A stretch of 64,000 nt of DNA from Klebsormidium nitens (GCA_000708835.1 DF237329.1:26571-90570); one strand, 5' to 3'; counted from the stretch's first letter, positions 25,703-39,800 are shown. The notes: generated from the letters alone by a model not told the origin. Made by a program: numbers and translations.

Positions 25703-27022
25703 CTAGCGCCGGGTGCGGATATCTTTGGAAGTTCCTCCTTCAGGGATCCATGCCATGATGGTACCTGTCCTTCCCCCAGCTGAACTGTTGTCGTTTGGAA
25801 CTTCGGCTAAGCCAACGGCCATCTTGTAGGGACAGGTTGGGTCTACTTCGGTCACGTTTGGGAGGTTAGTACACCACTGCTTGTGGGCCTTCACCCAGTC
25901 TGCCTTCTGACACTCCTGGGAGGACAGACGACGTCTATGAATGGGAGGCCGCCGGTGGAAGGTCAGATTCAGAATCTTAAATAAACCCGCGCATTGATCA
26001 GTTCTAAAAGATTGCATTCTTGAGGGTCACCGTGACGTTTATACCGACCTTGAACTTGCAATAACTGAAAAACTCGCCTGGATTTGCACGAGGATTTTGA
26101 AGTCAATCGTGATTGCTGAAAAGGCACCAAGTGGACGCAGACTACCAAACCTTCGGATACCTATCACGTTATAAGGAGACTCGACTGACAGTTGACGCTC
26201 AACTTGTTTCTGTGCTTGTAGACGGCTCCAATCATTCAGACTTAAATTGTCGTGCACAGATTTCCGCAGGAGTTCCTACTTCAAGCCCTGTGGCCCTCAT
26301 AGAGAAGCAAGCTCTTTGAACGACACGTGGATGGAAAAACATCCATGCCTTGTCGCGAGGTGCCATCAGAAGGAAACTTGCAACAGATCAAAAATTCTCA
26401 AAAACGCTCTCACATTCACGTAAGCGAGCCTTTCTTGTCTATATTGGGTAAGCCGAAATCGAATACCTCTCATCTTTTTAGACGGAGAAGTAGAGCCAAC
26501 CAGCGCCATCCTTCCCTTGTCCTTCCAAGGACCAGAGCACAGTTCTCTTCATTACTAACCAATCCACTGCGCTTGAGAGCTCGATGAAAGACGCTCCAAA
26601 CTGTCCGCTCATTCTTCTCTTCAGTTGATCTTGGTATAAAGCAGCTTTGACACAATCTCTTCACTCACCTTGCTGCAGTACCACACTAAATGGCACGCGG
26701 TGCACTTCTTGAGCCTCACGTCCGTCTCCCGGCGCGGAATACGGGGCTTTCTCCGGCAGTACTGACAGATCGGGTTCTCCCAGCGAAACTTCACGAGCAT
26801 ATACGTGTCAGGGAGCCAGTGCGGCTGTTCACTGTCGCTCAGAGCCCGGCGGACGATCTCCCGGTTGCGCTCCAACTCACACTGCGGGTATTTGCTGAGC
26901 GCGAGCTGGAACTCGGGGAAATCCACTGGGACAGTCTTAACCCTGGTGTCAAAGTCTGGCTCGCGCTCCCAGGCAACGACTTCCTTGGACACCTTTGGCC
27001 GGTGCTTCTTTCCGGGGGCCAT
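25703..27022 (-). CDS. MYND-type zinc finger protein, copy A, 2 exons
   Basis: Exons 27022-26669 and 25915-25703 give CQYC...KKCTACHLVWYCSK|ECQKADWVKAHKQWC, a complete MYND signature. Confidence 0.88.
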
Positions 27023-28654
27023 TCAGCCAATCTGCACTGGGAAGATGAGCATTACACGCGAGTCTTTCGACTTGTCAGGATGCCTTTTTGGGCCCAGCTT
27101 TAAAAGCCACTTCAGAGGCAAAGCTAGACCGCAGATACCAAAAAGTCAGCCCGCAAAGATAACGCCAAAATGGAAGGCACAGCTCCTTTCAATCGCAACT
27201 TACTCAGTGACGGCAAACCGATAAACAAGACAATCAGCCACGCATTTGTCTTCCGACAAAGCAAAGCTGAAAGAAGAAATCAGGAGCTCAGCCGTTCTCA
27301 ATATCGGCGAAATTCCTGATATCTACGAGAGCGACTTCAAGTGTACACGGAGTTCTGGCCGGTGTAGTCAGAAATGACCACAGATGTGACGTTCAATGTT
27401 TTCTCAGCTTCTCCCAAAGCCTGATCAATCAAAGCAGAGTATTTTGTTGAACGCGTAATTCAGCCTTCATTTGGGCTTGCAATAAGCTCATGTCAATAAG
27501 CTCGTGCTGGCTCTGCACCTCAACCCGAACGGGAAATTCAGTTGGAGCGCAAACCAGAAATGTCGCCTGTTTCTTTCTCTTGCTTAGAAAATTGAATTTT
27601 GAGTGCTTCGCTTCACTCCTTGCAGAAAGAGAGAATCTGAGAAGCTACATGCTGTCGCAGAATAAGGCTTAATCCTCATCTTCGATTCGGAAGAGACAAC
27701 AAATGTGCATAAATTCTACCCAAAGTGATGAAGTCTGGCCAATCGAATCTTCTCCAGGAGGCGAATGACGCGCACTTAATTAACCTCAAAATCTTGACTT
27801 CATCATCCAAATTTATACCAGGTATGTACTGAGGGCTTATCAGACTCTCGAATGAGTCAACTTCAATAAAGATGGAAATTAGCAATAAGCTCAAAAGCTG
27901 AAGAGAACAAGGGGAAATGGAAGCTTGTGCTCACCAGTTAGAATAACCCTCCAAAGCAATTTGTCACCTGTCCGAGTCAGCTATCAGCTCCAGGGGTCAG
28001 CTTAAGTCAGCGCTCTGCTCCAATCAAAGCACCAGGTCTCTTATGTCATTTGAACTTTCCCTTTCAAGCGAGCACCCAAGCTTTAGCACTTGTACAGCGC
28101 AGGCGCCCCGAAGCTTTCTGATGCGCCGAACCTTCAAACTCACACGGCAAGAAAAACACAAAATCCGCTGCCCTGTGGCGCGCCGACCCCAATCTTTGAA
28201 GCCCTTCAATCCCTCTTCTCAGATCATTCTCGTCTTACTAGTAACAGAAAATGGCGCCGCTCCATTTGAAGATGGCAGTAAAGGCCCCGGCGCTGCATCG
28301 AGTGCGCACCATTGCTGACCATGCACGACGACGATCGGCTGAGCTAGCTGAGCTAAGGCAAGCTAAGGTGAAGCATCGATCGTCAATGGAGAAGAAACAA
28401 CCGACGCGACACAACTGAGACTACATATATGGATCTGATGCAAGCTACAGCGTCGAATCGTCGTCAGATTGGGATGGCGGATTATCATCTTCGACAGGAA
28501 ATGTCGCCTCTTGTTTGATCCAAGAGTTGGGAAATCTTCGACGCGCTTCACTGCCCGACATAGTTGACGGTTCCGCTCCAGTACATACGCGACGAGACCG
28601 GGAAGATCTTCAGCTGCGGAGGCTGCGGTGTAGGCTCACTGGCCTTGGAAATTG

Positions 28655-30340
28655 TACGCGCGAGCGCGTACGCGCGTGCGCTGGACAAAGAGCCCGACCT
28701 GGGCGGCCGCGTAAGAGGGGCGACCCGTTCCCACACTGGGATCTGCCCTTCGCCCGTCATGATTGCGTGCGCTCCGGGGACAATGTTGCCGCCGCGAATG
28801 ACTATTTTTGGCTGCAGGAAGATTCGTGTGCCGGCACCGCGCAATCAACCCCACCCCGGCTCTGTTCCTCGTTCTTGCCGTCGTCTCACTTCGAAGCCAG
28901 AGATGCCCAAACCGCCGGCCGGACCACCGAAACCCGGGCACTGGAGCGGTTGAAAGTCAATCAGCTGAATGGGCGAGGACCCAAGCGGTGTCTGAAGCGA
29001 AGCCTGTCAGATGGCCGGCCGCGAAGCCGCCCACGGCCAAACTTTCAAACTGTCCGCACTACGAAGCGCGTGGAGCCGCCGATGCTGCGAATTAGGTCTG
29101 GAGCCACGAGGCAGTCTACGCGGACGGCAGCAAGAAAGGGGCACCTTAAAGTCTTCGCGCGCGCGCGAGAGGACGAGAAGGGAGGTGAACAGCCGGGAAA
29201 GTGGAGAGGTTTACCGAGAGCGACGAAAACAGCAAGGAACTAGAGGAGCGAGGTCCTTCTTCAAGGGCAGAAGCTGAGGAGACGGCGGGGGCTTGGCCGC
29301 AGACCAAGAATCTTCAATTTAGCAATAGTAAGCTTTAGCAATAGTAAGCTCACCAGCCTGGGACGGGTAGGGTTAGTTTGGGGGTTAGGGTGGGTTCGGG
29401 TGCGGAGCGGGTGATTCTGTAGGTTAGATTTTTAGTGTTAGTGTTGGAGCTTACTATTGCTAGCCCTTACTATTGCTAAATTGAAGAGACATCCGCAGAC
29501 CGCACCCGGAGAGGCTCCCAAAGGCTGGGCTGGCGTCAGCCAGGGCGCGGATGACGTCAGGGACCTCGCGGCGCGCATGCTAGGATCGCAAGAAGAGGCG
29601 GCCGGCGCGGTCAGGTGGAAGAATCGGGGGTCAGATCCGTCCGCACAGCTGAGGACGAGTTCCTTCCGCCCAGTCGATTCATGAGGAAACTAAGAGAGTC
29701 CCGGGTGGGGAAGAGGCAGAAAGACGGCTCGGGGATTGAGGACGGAATGGGCGGACGTGGCAGATGGTGCACCGGAACGGGTACCGATGAAGCGGAATGG
29801 AACGATGAGAAACGTGGCGAGGAAAAGGGAGGCGGCGAAGAAAAGTGATGAGAGTTGGAACTTGCTAGTCCGGAGGACTTACAACGGAGCACGGAAACGG
29901 GATGGGGGAATGTAGCGCACACGGGGAAGTCAACCCGCCGTTTTTTTGAAAGAATCTGGAGCAGCGCCTAAGAGCAGATCAAAGCGGCGGCATTAAGCGA
30001 GCTGTCCAGCGGGCGATCGGACGATTCGGAGCTGATTGAGAATGTCCTGTCCGGATTGGAAGCAGAAACGGAAAAGATTGGGACGCCGGATTGGAGAGAA
30101 CAGCCCGGTGAAGAAGTGACTGGGAAATTGAGTCCAGCTCATTGATCGATGGAGTAACCGGTCTCAAGATACTCAGGGCGATCATATGGAAGACGTGATC
30201 TCGACCAAGGGGGCCGGAGTCGGCTGATTTTACCGGAAAGATTGACAGCAGTCTGGGTGCGAGCACGGGTTGGGAGACAAATGGGGGCCAGGCAGAAGGG
30301 GAACGAAATGCCGTCAGAGTTGAACTTTCTTTGAACATTT
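28655..30340 (+). pseudogene. Deleted and frameshifted copy of the 3' part of the large RRM-repeat gene
   Basis: GCGTACGCGCG...GAGCCCGACCTGGGCGGCCGCGT and TTCGTGTGCCGGCACCGCG match 39780-40000. Similarity continues to CAGGCAGAAGGGGAACGA...CTTTCTTTGAA. Many indels and stops, and an inserted MITE-like element. Confidence 0.85.
29311..29487. mobile_element. MITE-like element with 22-bp perfect terminal inverted repeats
   Basis: TCTTCAATTTAGCAATAGTAAG (29311-29332) and its exact reverse complement (29466-29487). Duplicated subterminal TAGCAATAGTAAG motifs on both sides. Absent from the colinear paralog near 40500. Confidence 0.75.
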
Positions 30341-31316
30341 AAAACAAAGACTCTTGCCAAAAAAGATCGACCTTTTGAGGAGCAGACAGACTTCTTGTCG
30401 TCCTTTGCAGCAGCAATTCTTCGCTCTTCTGACGGTGTTCGGCGGCTGTACTCAGCCAGTGCATGTCAACTTTCTTCATTTGAAACATGATGGAAAAGAC
30501 ACACTCTACGGCTATTGGCAAAAGCACTTTCTAACGAGGTTAGGTTTCGCCAAACCCTAACACTGTCGACGATAGTATCGTGGCCGGCAAGCTCAGCGCG
30601 ATCTGTCCAGTAGAACTTTTGCGCACGTGCCAGAGCGCAGCTCCGCGGGAACGGTGAAAGCTGAAGGGTTTTTACGTGCACGCATGCTCGCAACGGATTT
30701 CCACCAACAAGGAGCACGTCAACTTAGCTGTCCGTATCTCATGCACATCCGAGAGACTGTCGTTCGAAATCTGCCTCATTTACAATCTATTCATGGGCCC
30801 TTCAGTTACGATGCGCACAAAAGGTAGCTGGTTCATGCAAGGGCTGCTAAATTACTTATGAAGGCAAACACGTATGCCTTTGTAGATCAAGCAAAAACGA
30901 ATGATTCTCGGACGAAGCTTGAAGAACTTTGTTTTTATCGAACTAACTAAATTGGACGGTCACCATCATGGGTAGCACTGTTGTGAAGCTTACTCAGAGG
31001 TCTATCGGAGCACAGATGGATGCTGCGCAAATTTCTTGTCACATGCATTTTTGTTTGCGAAGGCCACACGCATTGGGGTTGCACAGCAAACTGAACCCCC
31101 CCTCGATTCATAGGAGGCGAAAAGTCCTGACGAGTAGCCGAATTTGTCCCCAAGTATCCACGAAAACGGATCGCCGATTGAGTCCGGAATGACCATCTAA
31201 TCAGCATCTCCTCAGCTGAGCAGCTGCTGAAAGTCCCCTTCTCAATCAGACGCTTTGCAGGTTCGAGCAACTGTTGTCGCTATCCTAATCATGTTAGACG
31301 CAGCTCGACGTACGGA

Positions 31317-32213
31317 TCAATCACTTGGCGGATACGGTACAACTCTCAGCGGGACCTCTACTTTTCCTTCCAAAACCGCTAGTCTGTCTTCTCGAGACCA
31401 TTCCGCGCTAACCACCCTCAATTGGTATGGACACTCGGGGTCCACTTCGGTCACGTTCGGAAGGTTCGTACACCACTTCTTGTGCGCCTTTACCCAGTCC
31501 GCTCTTTGGCAGTCCTGAGCATTGAGATATTGTCTCGTCAGCAAAGTCGAGTACAGTAAATCGAGGATTTTACCGGCTTTCCTTGCTCACTGATCGTGTC
31601 ACGCTCTACGTAATTGACGCCGAAACCTTGCATGGGATTTGAGGTCGAAAACACTTTGACGTGAGCCTTGTGAGTTTTCTGTGTCTTATCATATAAGTCA
31701 CCACCCAGACGGATGTTTCCTTCTTGCCAGAAGCCCCCTGGAATCCCTGAAACCCTAAGAAGAGAAACGTGGGTGCATTCAGTCCCTCAGAACACCTTCG
31801 AGATTGTGACATACAGTCGCTTGCGTTCACCACTGCAGCACAGCTATGCAATTCCACCTCACCTTGCTGCAGTACCACACCAAGTGACACGCCGTGCACT
31901 TCGTCAGCGTGACGTCAGCCTCCTCGCACGGTTCCTGGGGCTTCCTCATACAGTTATGACAGATCGGGTTCTCCCACCGGCCCCTCACAAGCTCAGCTTT
32001 GCTCGGGAGACCAAAGTTCGGCCTGTTCCCCATGCCCTGGCGGACGATCTCGTGGTTGCGGTCGACTTCGCACTGCGGGTACTTGCTGACAGCGAGCTGG
32101 AACTCGGGGGAGTCTACCGGGACGGTCATCGCCCTGGTGTCAAAGTCTGGCTCGCGCTCCCAGGCGACCACCTCCGGGGACACCTTTGGCCGGTCCTTCT
32201 TGCGCGACGGCAT
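31317..32213 (-). CDS. MYND-type zinc finger protein, copy B, 2 exons
   Basis: Exons 32213-31863 and 31514-31317 give CHNC...TKCTACHLVWYCSK|DCQRADWVKAHKKWC. Same intron position as copy A. Confidence 0.88.
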
Positions 32214-33810
32214 CTTCTTATCTGCAAAACGAGATTTGGAATGTTAGACACAGCTAAAGATATACTGTTCAATCAATGATCAGGAATGGAAAAAGACCCA
32301 GATACAGATCATCCGGGCCAAGCAAAGCCAGAAAGAAACTCATAGTTTGATCGTTTGGCCGTTGGAAGTCTGAATGCACGAATATCTGGGAAAACGAGTG
32401 CCCACGAGATTTTAGCTTGTGCAGTCGGCAAATCCATTGTCCGTGAGTTCCTTTTTGAGAATTCTTTACCAACTTCTTCAAACAAAGCTGGGCTGTCTGT
32501 GCTTCGAAGCAATGTTATTGACCTAAATTGCTTAAAACTCCTGTCAACAAGCTTACGCTATTTGTATATCTCTTGTTGCAGGTAAAAAGCTGATAGAAAA
32601 TCAGACACGAATTAGCCGTCTTTGAATCTTTCGTGCTTCCAAGCATGCCTTCTTATTGCTTTTCTATCATCCTGGCAGAAAGTGAGGGGTTCAGAAGCTG
32701 TATACGGTCATAATATGTACATATTGCTGCAGTCCGACTCTGCTTTGGTAGAAAAGTGGCACCAAAAGCCTCCAAGACAATCACGAAGCCTAGACACTGC
32801 AACTGACTTCCACTTGATTCCGAAACTGTGGCTTTACATGAGAGTTGACATCAAGTATGTTCTAAAGGCAATCTTAGAACTCTTGACATGTCAGCTTCAA
32901 CGACAAATGGATTTCAGTGATCAAGCTCCAAAAAAGAGAAAGAGGGAACTCTAAGCTTGTGCTCACGAGATGAAGGATACCTCGATGCTCGTTTTAATCT
33001 GCCTGATTACAACCAGCTCAAGGGTCATCTAGACTCAGCGCTCTGCTCTCATTATCGCACCTGATCCATTGATGAAGGGAAGCCTGGTATCAAACTTCAG
33101 CTCTTTTACGGCGCACGCAGCGCGTAGATTGCTCTATTTATGCTTCAAGTAATTATATATAAAGATCCGAGCTTAGGGATCGAATTTGCGTTTATGCTTT
33201 CCTCTGGCAACCTGTATGAATCGAAAAGTTCTTTCCCGCCACCTTCGAATGTGCTTGTCTGATCAGCATCAGAAATGGCACTGCTCCGCTTGAAAAGGCA
33301 TAAAAAGGCGCCGGCGCTACCTAAGTTTCAAATGTGCTACTGCTGATCATGCACGAAGCCTATTGGCTTGGCGAAGCATCGTCACATGGGGCAAAAAAGA
33401 TCGACGCGACATAAGCGGTGGTCCACTGCAGATCTGGAACCGACGAGTATAATTACGGCGTCGGATTCTAACCAGACCAAGAAGCAGGACGACATTCTTC
33501 GATGGAAATGTAATCACGCCTTGCTTGATCGTTGGAAAGACGTTCGAGACTTTACGGCACTACTCCACACCAACAATGCAGCGAAGTCCTGCAAGGAAGA
33601 CTGATTCCAAGAGCAAGCTGTCGAGACAATAAGGACAACTAGGACTCTGCTATTAGGAGGAGAAGTTAGCGCTCTTGATACTTGCCGAAGAAGGGTCGTT
33701 CTAGAGAGACTGACGACTCCTCGAAGGGAGGCGCTGTTCTTGGTTGTCAAGAAGATGCCTTTCGTTTGAAATGCCAGGAAGAGCACTAAAGAGCAATTAA
33801 GGTCTCCTGT

Positions 33811-36800
33811 ATGTTGATGATGGAGAGCATGCAGATTAGGCCCTTTTCAGAATCAGGCTACCAGATGGCGGCAGCTTCGGAGGATGTTTCCGCTGTTTCG
33901 TTCGAGCATGTCCAAGGCCTGGTACCGCTGACTGAAAGGTCAGCAGCAGAGCTGCTGGCTGGTTCCGCGGTGCAGACAGGCTTGAGCCGCCATGTCTTTG
34001 GAAGCATCGCTGTGATCATGGAAACCTTCAAGATCTTCGAGAGCGAGCAAGAGCTACGAAGACACCCAGATGTGCAGGGGGAGTGGCTCCTGAGGATTGC
34101 AGAGCTGATGCATGTCATCAGGCATCAGCTGTTTGAGGTCAAATTTGCGCTGGGACAGAATGAGAGAAAGCTTCGTCCCCTTGCTGAAGAGCTGGATCGA
34201 TTCAACAGAGATTGCTTGACACGGGCTCGGAACATCCTGTCTCCTGCAAGCTACGAGTCCCTGTTTCAATCGCGCCATACATTCCCTTCGCCAGAAGAAC
34301 AGTCCCAAAGAAACCTGCAGCTGAGAGAAAAGGTCGCACTCCTGGTTTCGGAGGGGGACTCTGCTTCTGGAAGTGGCTCAAGGCAAGGTTCGAGTGAGAC
34401 TGAAATCAGGAAGCTTCGCAAGAGGGTGAAGGAGCTTGAGGAACAGCTCCGCGTATCAGAGGAAAGGAGAACAGCGGAGCTCAGGGAATCAGAAGAATCC
34501 AGAAGATCTGTCTCAGAAGAGAATGTTGAGTTGCAGCGGGTGAGACGTTCTTTATCTGCTTATAGAGTTGATCCCAATTGGCAATCTCTGGCCCTTTTGA
34601 CTCTTCCAAAAGAGTGCCGAACAATCTGATCAAAGTTTCCTGTTTTTCTGCTGGGACTCTTCTCATTCTCAGAAGAACATACCTGCTAAAATACCATAAG
34701 GCGTTGCAAACGGTTTCTGGCAGCTTCAAGTCTGGTCACTAGTTTACTGGTCAGAAAAGCTTTATTCCTGGATATCTCCGAATTGTGAGGGAATTTGTCT
34801 CGAGAGCCACGAAGCGTTGCTGTGCATTCATTGTGAACCTTCGTTTGTTTGCATCAGAACATCATGCTGCTTCTAAGGTCCGGAATAACTTATTGTAGAT
34901 TCTACTTTCTCATATCATGCAAACCAGGTTTGAGTTGAAGGAAAACCCTAGACAGAGGTTGTCTTTTGTATTTTTTGGTTTCATTGAATTTCAAAATTCA
35001 ACTCACCCTAAGGGCCCTCGTTTTTCAACTTCACACATGCCGATCTTATCAGGGAGTCCCTACTCTTGAGTTGCGATGCCGATGGCAGGCATTCCTTAGC
35101 GGTTTGAACCTACTATTCGCAGACTGATCTACCATCTGAAAATCATCTAGAAAAAATAGAGCCACATTCTAGGGTGCATTTGACGAAAGCTGAGCGCACG
35201 GAACTGGATTGCTTTGCCGAGTACAGATTCTTCAAACCAGTCAGATGTCCCTAATTTCAAATGCACCCTCTGTTAGAAACCTTGCTTCAGTTGTGACAAG
35301 AAAAGTACCACAGAACAACCATTGTTGCTCAACGCTGAAACAGGTCCTACTCCTGCATTTTGCAGACCTTGATAAAACTAGCAAATGAAACATTTGAAAA
35401 GAAAACGAAACTCCTGCACGTCTTTCAAAGCTGGTCTTCAGATATGCAAAGAGTCCCCTCTTGGCCTATCAATCTTCGCTTCTTTCTGAAATTCGATCGA
35501 TTTGCAGAGGATTCAGCAACTTCAGGCCGCGGTGAATAGCTTCGAGTACAAGTCGAGCAACATGGAGAGCGTCGTCCTCGACCTGGAAGCGCGCAACCGG
35601 AAGCTTGCTGAAGAAGCCAGGGAGTCCCGCCGTGGCGGCCGTAGATCGCGCGCCAAGAAGACCGCCGAAGAGCCGTCCGCGGATCAGCCGCTCTCGCAAC
35701 CGGGGTCCGCCGCTTCTACCCCTGGACACAGCGCAACCCGAGCTTCATTTGAGCTCCCGGGAGAGGCCAACCGGGCAGAAGAAAGTTTCTCAACTGACTT
35801 CACAAGACGGGGGTCTGCACGAGAGCCCTACGACGTCCGCAACCTACAGATCGAGGGAAACAGAGGCTCTCGTCGGTCGGGCGCGCCGGAAGCAGATACT
35901 CGCGGGGATGGTGACGTCAGCAAAAACCGGGAGGCAGCCCCCGAGCCACGAGCGACCAACCGGCCCCCGTCCTTTGATCAGTCCTACAAGAAAACTGCAC
36001 GGAACCAGAAGAGCCCGGCGGCGGGAAGCGTGGCGCTTGGACCGGTGGGGACTCCTTTCGGCACACCTGCAGGGGGTTCGCAGATGAGAACGCCTTTGGA
36101 CGCGGTTCCAAACGGTTCGGATCGGTACCCACCCAAGCTTGAACTGGAGCCCGAGTCAGAAGAGCCGGTGCATTTCGGGGGCCACGAACCGCGGAACGAG
36201 GCCGACACGTGGCACGACGACAATCCGCAAGGGGTGCACGAGAGAAGCCCACCAAAAGCAGCTTCATGGCAGCGGGGTCTGATCCAGTCGATCGTGAAGA
36301 GGACCCTTCCAAAAGAGCAGGTCAGCAGGATGAGAAAACGGAGTGAGGCTTGTTGCCTCTTTTTGATGAGCAAGTTCAGCGGACATTTAGAATTGCTCAA
36401 GCGGGAATCTTTCACAAGTCAGCCTCCTTTGGGTTTTTCTCTCAAAAGTCTCTATCATGAAAGACACGACTCGCTACGTTTTTCATTGAAGTAATATTTT
36501 TTTTTCTATATTACACACTTCAGTGTTGAGGAGGTCTTTCAGATGTTGAGAATTGCGATGAATCCATGCAAGACAGCATTATCATTCTGTTACTCACATT
36601 TCTAGACTCCTGCTTTTCTAAGAGTAGGATATCCACTGTCAACAGTGGATATCCCTACAAGGGCGCAATTCAAAAGTCTTTCTTCGAACGCAGATAGCCC
36701 AAAGGCCGATCCGGCACTTTAGTAAACTCGGATTTGCAGATTGTGCAGGTCATGCAAGCTCCCCGTGACGACAGAGTCCCCGTAGTTTCTGACGGCCGCG

Positions 36801-39800
36801 GACGCGGGCGTGAGGCCGCAGAAACCGCCTTCCCCAATCCCAGCGAGCCCGGACCGCGAAAGCCGCGCGAAAGAAGAGAGCCGGACTCCGTATCTCGCAG
36901 CCGGGCGGAACCCCCGCGCTCGGTGTTCTTGAGCAGAGACGATGAGACTTCCGTCTTGCCAGCAGCTTCGGAAAGCGGGGTTTCTCGCCCCCGCAGAGGA
37001 GCAGCGCCCGAAGAGATCACCTTCAGTTCCTTCATTTACGGCGTGTCTGGCGGCTGGGAAGACCAAATACTAGAGAGCCGGCTCGAAGACGCGGTGTCGG
37101 CTGCCGTCAGCGGCTTCGACGCCTTCCCCAGCACTACTTTCAGTCGTTTCAGGGGGCGCGCAAATGTGAACAGGCTCAAGGGGAATCCCCGGCCGACCTT
37201 CGCCTTCTGCGACTTTGCGTCCAACCTTGCGAAGGAGTGCTTCGACGACGGGACCTCGCGGGGCCGCCTGGTTCTGAAACTGGAAGGATGGACGCTCCCC
37301 GTTCAAAAGCCGCGAACGCAGGACATGGAGAGCGTTTCCTACTGGGAGCGGCGCGCGCTGGACGATCTCTGGGCGCGCGCGCGCGGTGCAACCCCCGCCA
37401 AGACTCTGTACGCGCGCTTCCTGGGCGAGGGCGCGTCGGCGACCGCGGTGTTCGAGGAGCTGCTGCGGACGGTGGTCAGGACGAACGCAGAGGGCGACCG
37501 CGCGGAGGGGATCGAGGAGGTGCTGGTCGCCGGGAAGCACGCGTACGTCTTCCTGAAGTCGGAGTCCGTGGGCGACGAGCTGTTCCGGCGGCTTTCCGGC
37601 GGCGACGCTAACCTGGAGCAAAAGCTGTTCATCTCCCGCCGGAAGGACTACGTCCCGGCGCCCGGAGTTCTAAGCGAAGAGCAGATCGTCGAAGATCGGA
37701 CGGCTGAGAAAGCGAGCGGATTCGAACAGAGAACGGGCGGAGGCGGGGACGAGGGGACAGCTTCTGGGGGTCTCGGACGCGACCAACCGGGTACTGAAAC
37801 GACGAGTAACCAATACGAGAAGTTGGCCGCTCCGAGCGAGTCTGGGGTTCCAAAGCTCAGCGAAAGCCGCCGTCGGCGTCAGGTTTGGGTCGGCGACCTT
37901 CCGAATTTGAGTGAGCCTGAGCTGAGCAACAGGATCCAGTCCGCGGTTGAAGAAGCGATGTCTGGATTCGACGTGCTGCCGCCTGCGTCTCTGGAGGTTC
38001 ATGGCGCGACGACCATGGTCTCCAGGGCTTTCGGCTTCGTGGAGATGAGCACGATTCTGGGCGCAGACCTTTTTGTCGACGCAGTCAACCGGGGGCAGAT
38101 CCAGGCGCTGAGCGGCGAGAACGACGTCCTTAAAGTGCCACGTCATCAGAAGTGGACGATGGAGGTTGTCGCGCCGCCTTCGGAGGAGCAGCGTGAGCAG
38201 GTCGAGCTGTGGCGGGAGGCCGAAACCCTAAACCCCGCGGCCGCGACGTACGTGCGCTTCACCCGGGAGTTCGTCCCGCGGAAGCGAGAGCAGGCGGTGC
38301 GGGAAGAGGTGGAGCGGCTTGCCGGAACCGATGGCGGCAGCGGGATCGAGAAGGTCCTGTGCGCGAGCAAGCACGCCTACGTGGCGTTCCGGTCGGAGGG
38401 CGCGGCGGACGAGTTCTTCCGGCGCGCGCACGCGCGCGGCCTTGAGGCGCGGCTGTGCTTCGTGCGCCACCGGGCGTATCTCCCGGGCCCCGGCATGTTC
38501 GTGGGCTTCTACGCGCCCGATACGTTCATGTTCTACCGCAAGCCGGCGACTGTGGCGAGCTTCATGGCTGCGCCGAGTCGAGGGTTGGGCGGGACGCCTG
38601 AAACTGCTGACAAGGGGACTGCTACTGCGGACGAGCAAGGATTCGAAGATGTGCCTTCGAAGTGAGTGAGACAGATTTTCTTGACAAAATCTTGCAAGAA
38701 GACGTCAGAAGTACGCAGCGAGAGTCGGTCACAAAACCCTAGTAACAAAACGGACTGGTCAGCTTAGACGATTCACCTGGTCAATTTGATTCTGGGTCTC
38801 CTGCGCTCGATCTCGAACTTCAGAAAATGGATACGCGCTCAGTAGTTTGAGGATATTTTTTTAACGATCGTGTTCCTTAAGGAAACGAGTTTTGCACTGT
38901 AGTTCACCACCCTTGAGCTTTTAGACACCATTTGATTGCGTGTCATGAATCCTATGAGGCAACCTTACTCTTGTTTCAAAGATCCATGCAGCCTTTACAG
39001 CAACGAAACAGATTTAAAGATTGATATTTGACAAGTTAGCCATAGAGACCTAGATTTGAGAGAGAGCATTCACGGGGCGCTTTCAGCACAGACGAATCAG
39101 CCTTGCAAGTCTAAAACCTTCTAATAATCAAAAAGGTCTGCGCACAAACTGAGACCCCTCTTGTTGCAGGTTTGAGGCAAGCCCACCGAAAATCGCAACC
39201 AGCGGCCAGGAGCTTCACGACACGCCTACAACTGCGCCAAGGCGGATGCATCCGGAGGTGGAAGAAGCCGTTGTTCCTGGCGGAAGAAAGCCCCTTCCGA
39301 CTGCTTCTGCAGAACTACACATCCCGGAAGAAGCCCCGTCTCCGCACGGGAGGAACTGGGAGCAGAAGCAGCGTGAGATCTTTGTGAAAGACATTCCGGA
39401 CAGCACCCCTGCAGACACCGTCCGAGCAAACCTCACCGAGTCGTTCAACGAGTTCTTCTCGGGGTATGACGCACTGCCCCCGGGGCTTCTAGACGTGCGC
39501 GGGGTGCGCGGGGGACTGGACTCGCGCACCGGCGCGCGCATCGCGTACGTGGAGGTCGCGTCGGTGCTGGCCAGCCAACTCGTCTCCGACGCGCAGGAAA
39601 GGGGCCCCGGAAGGGTGGCCTTCCAGCTCCGGACCCTGCGCGACGAGAACGGAACGAAGCGGAAGATCTTCACCTCGAGCAGGCAGAAGTGGATGCTCGA
39701 ATTCGCTGAGCCGACGGCGGCCGAGGGCGACGCGCTGCACGCGGCTTGGGGCGCCGTTGGCAACTGGGACCCGCGCAAGAGCGCGTACGCGCGCGTGCGC

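Noticed and set aside
33368-33790. Upstream frame with a TGA at 33602 that stays open afterwards, possibly 5' exons of the RRM gene
   Set aside because: Different frame from 33811, several stops and no convincing splice sites. Cannot be modelled.
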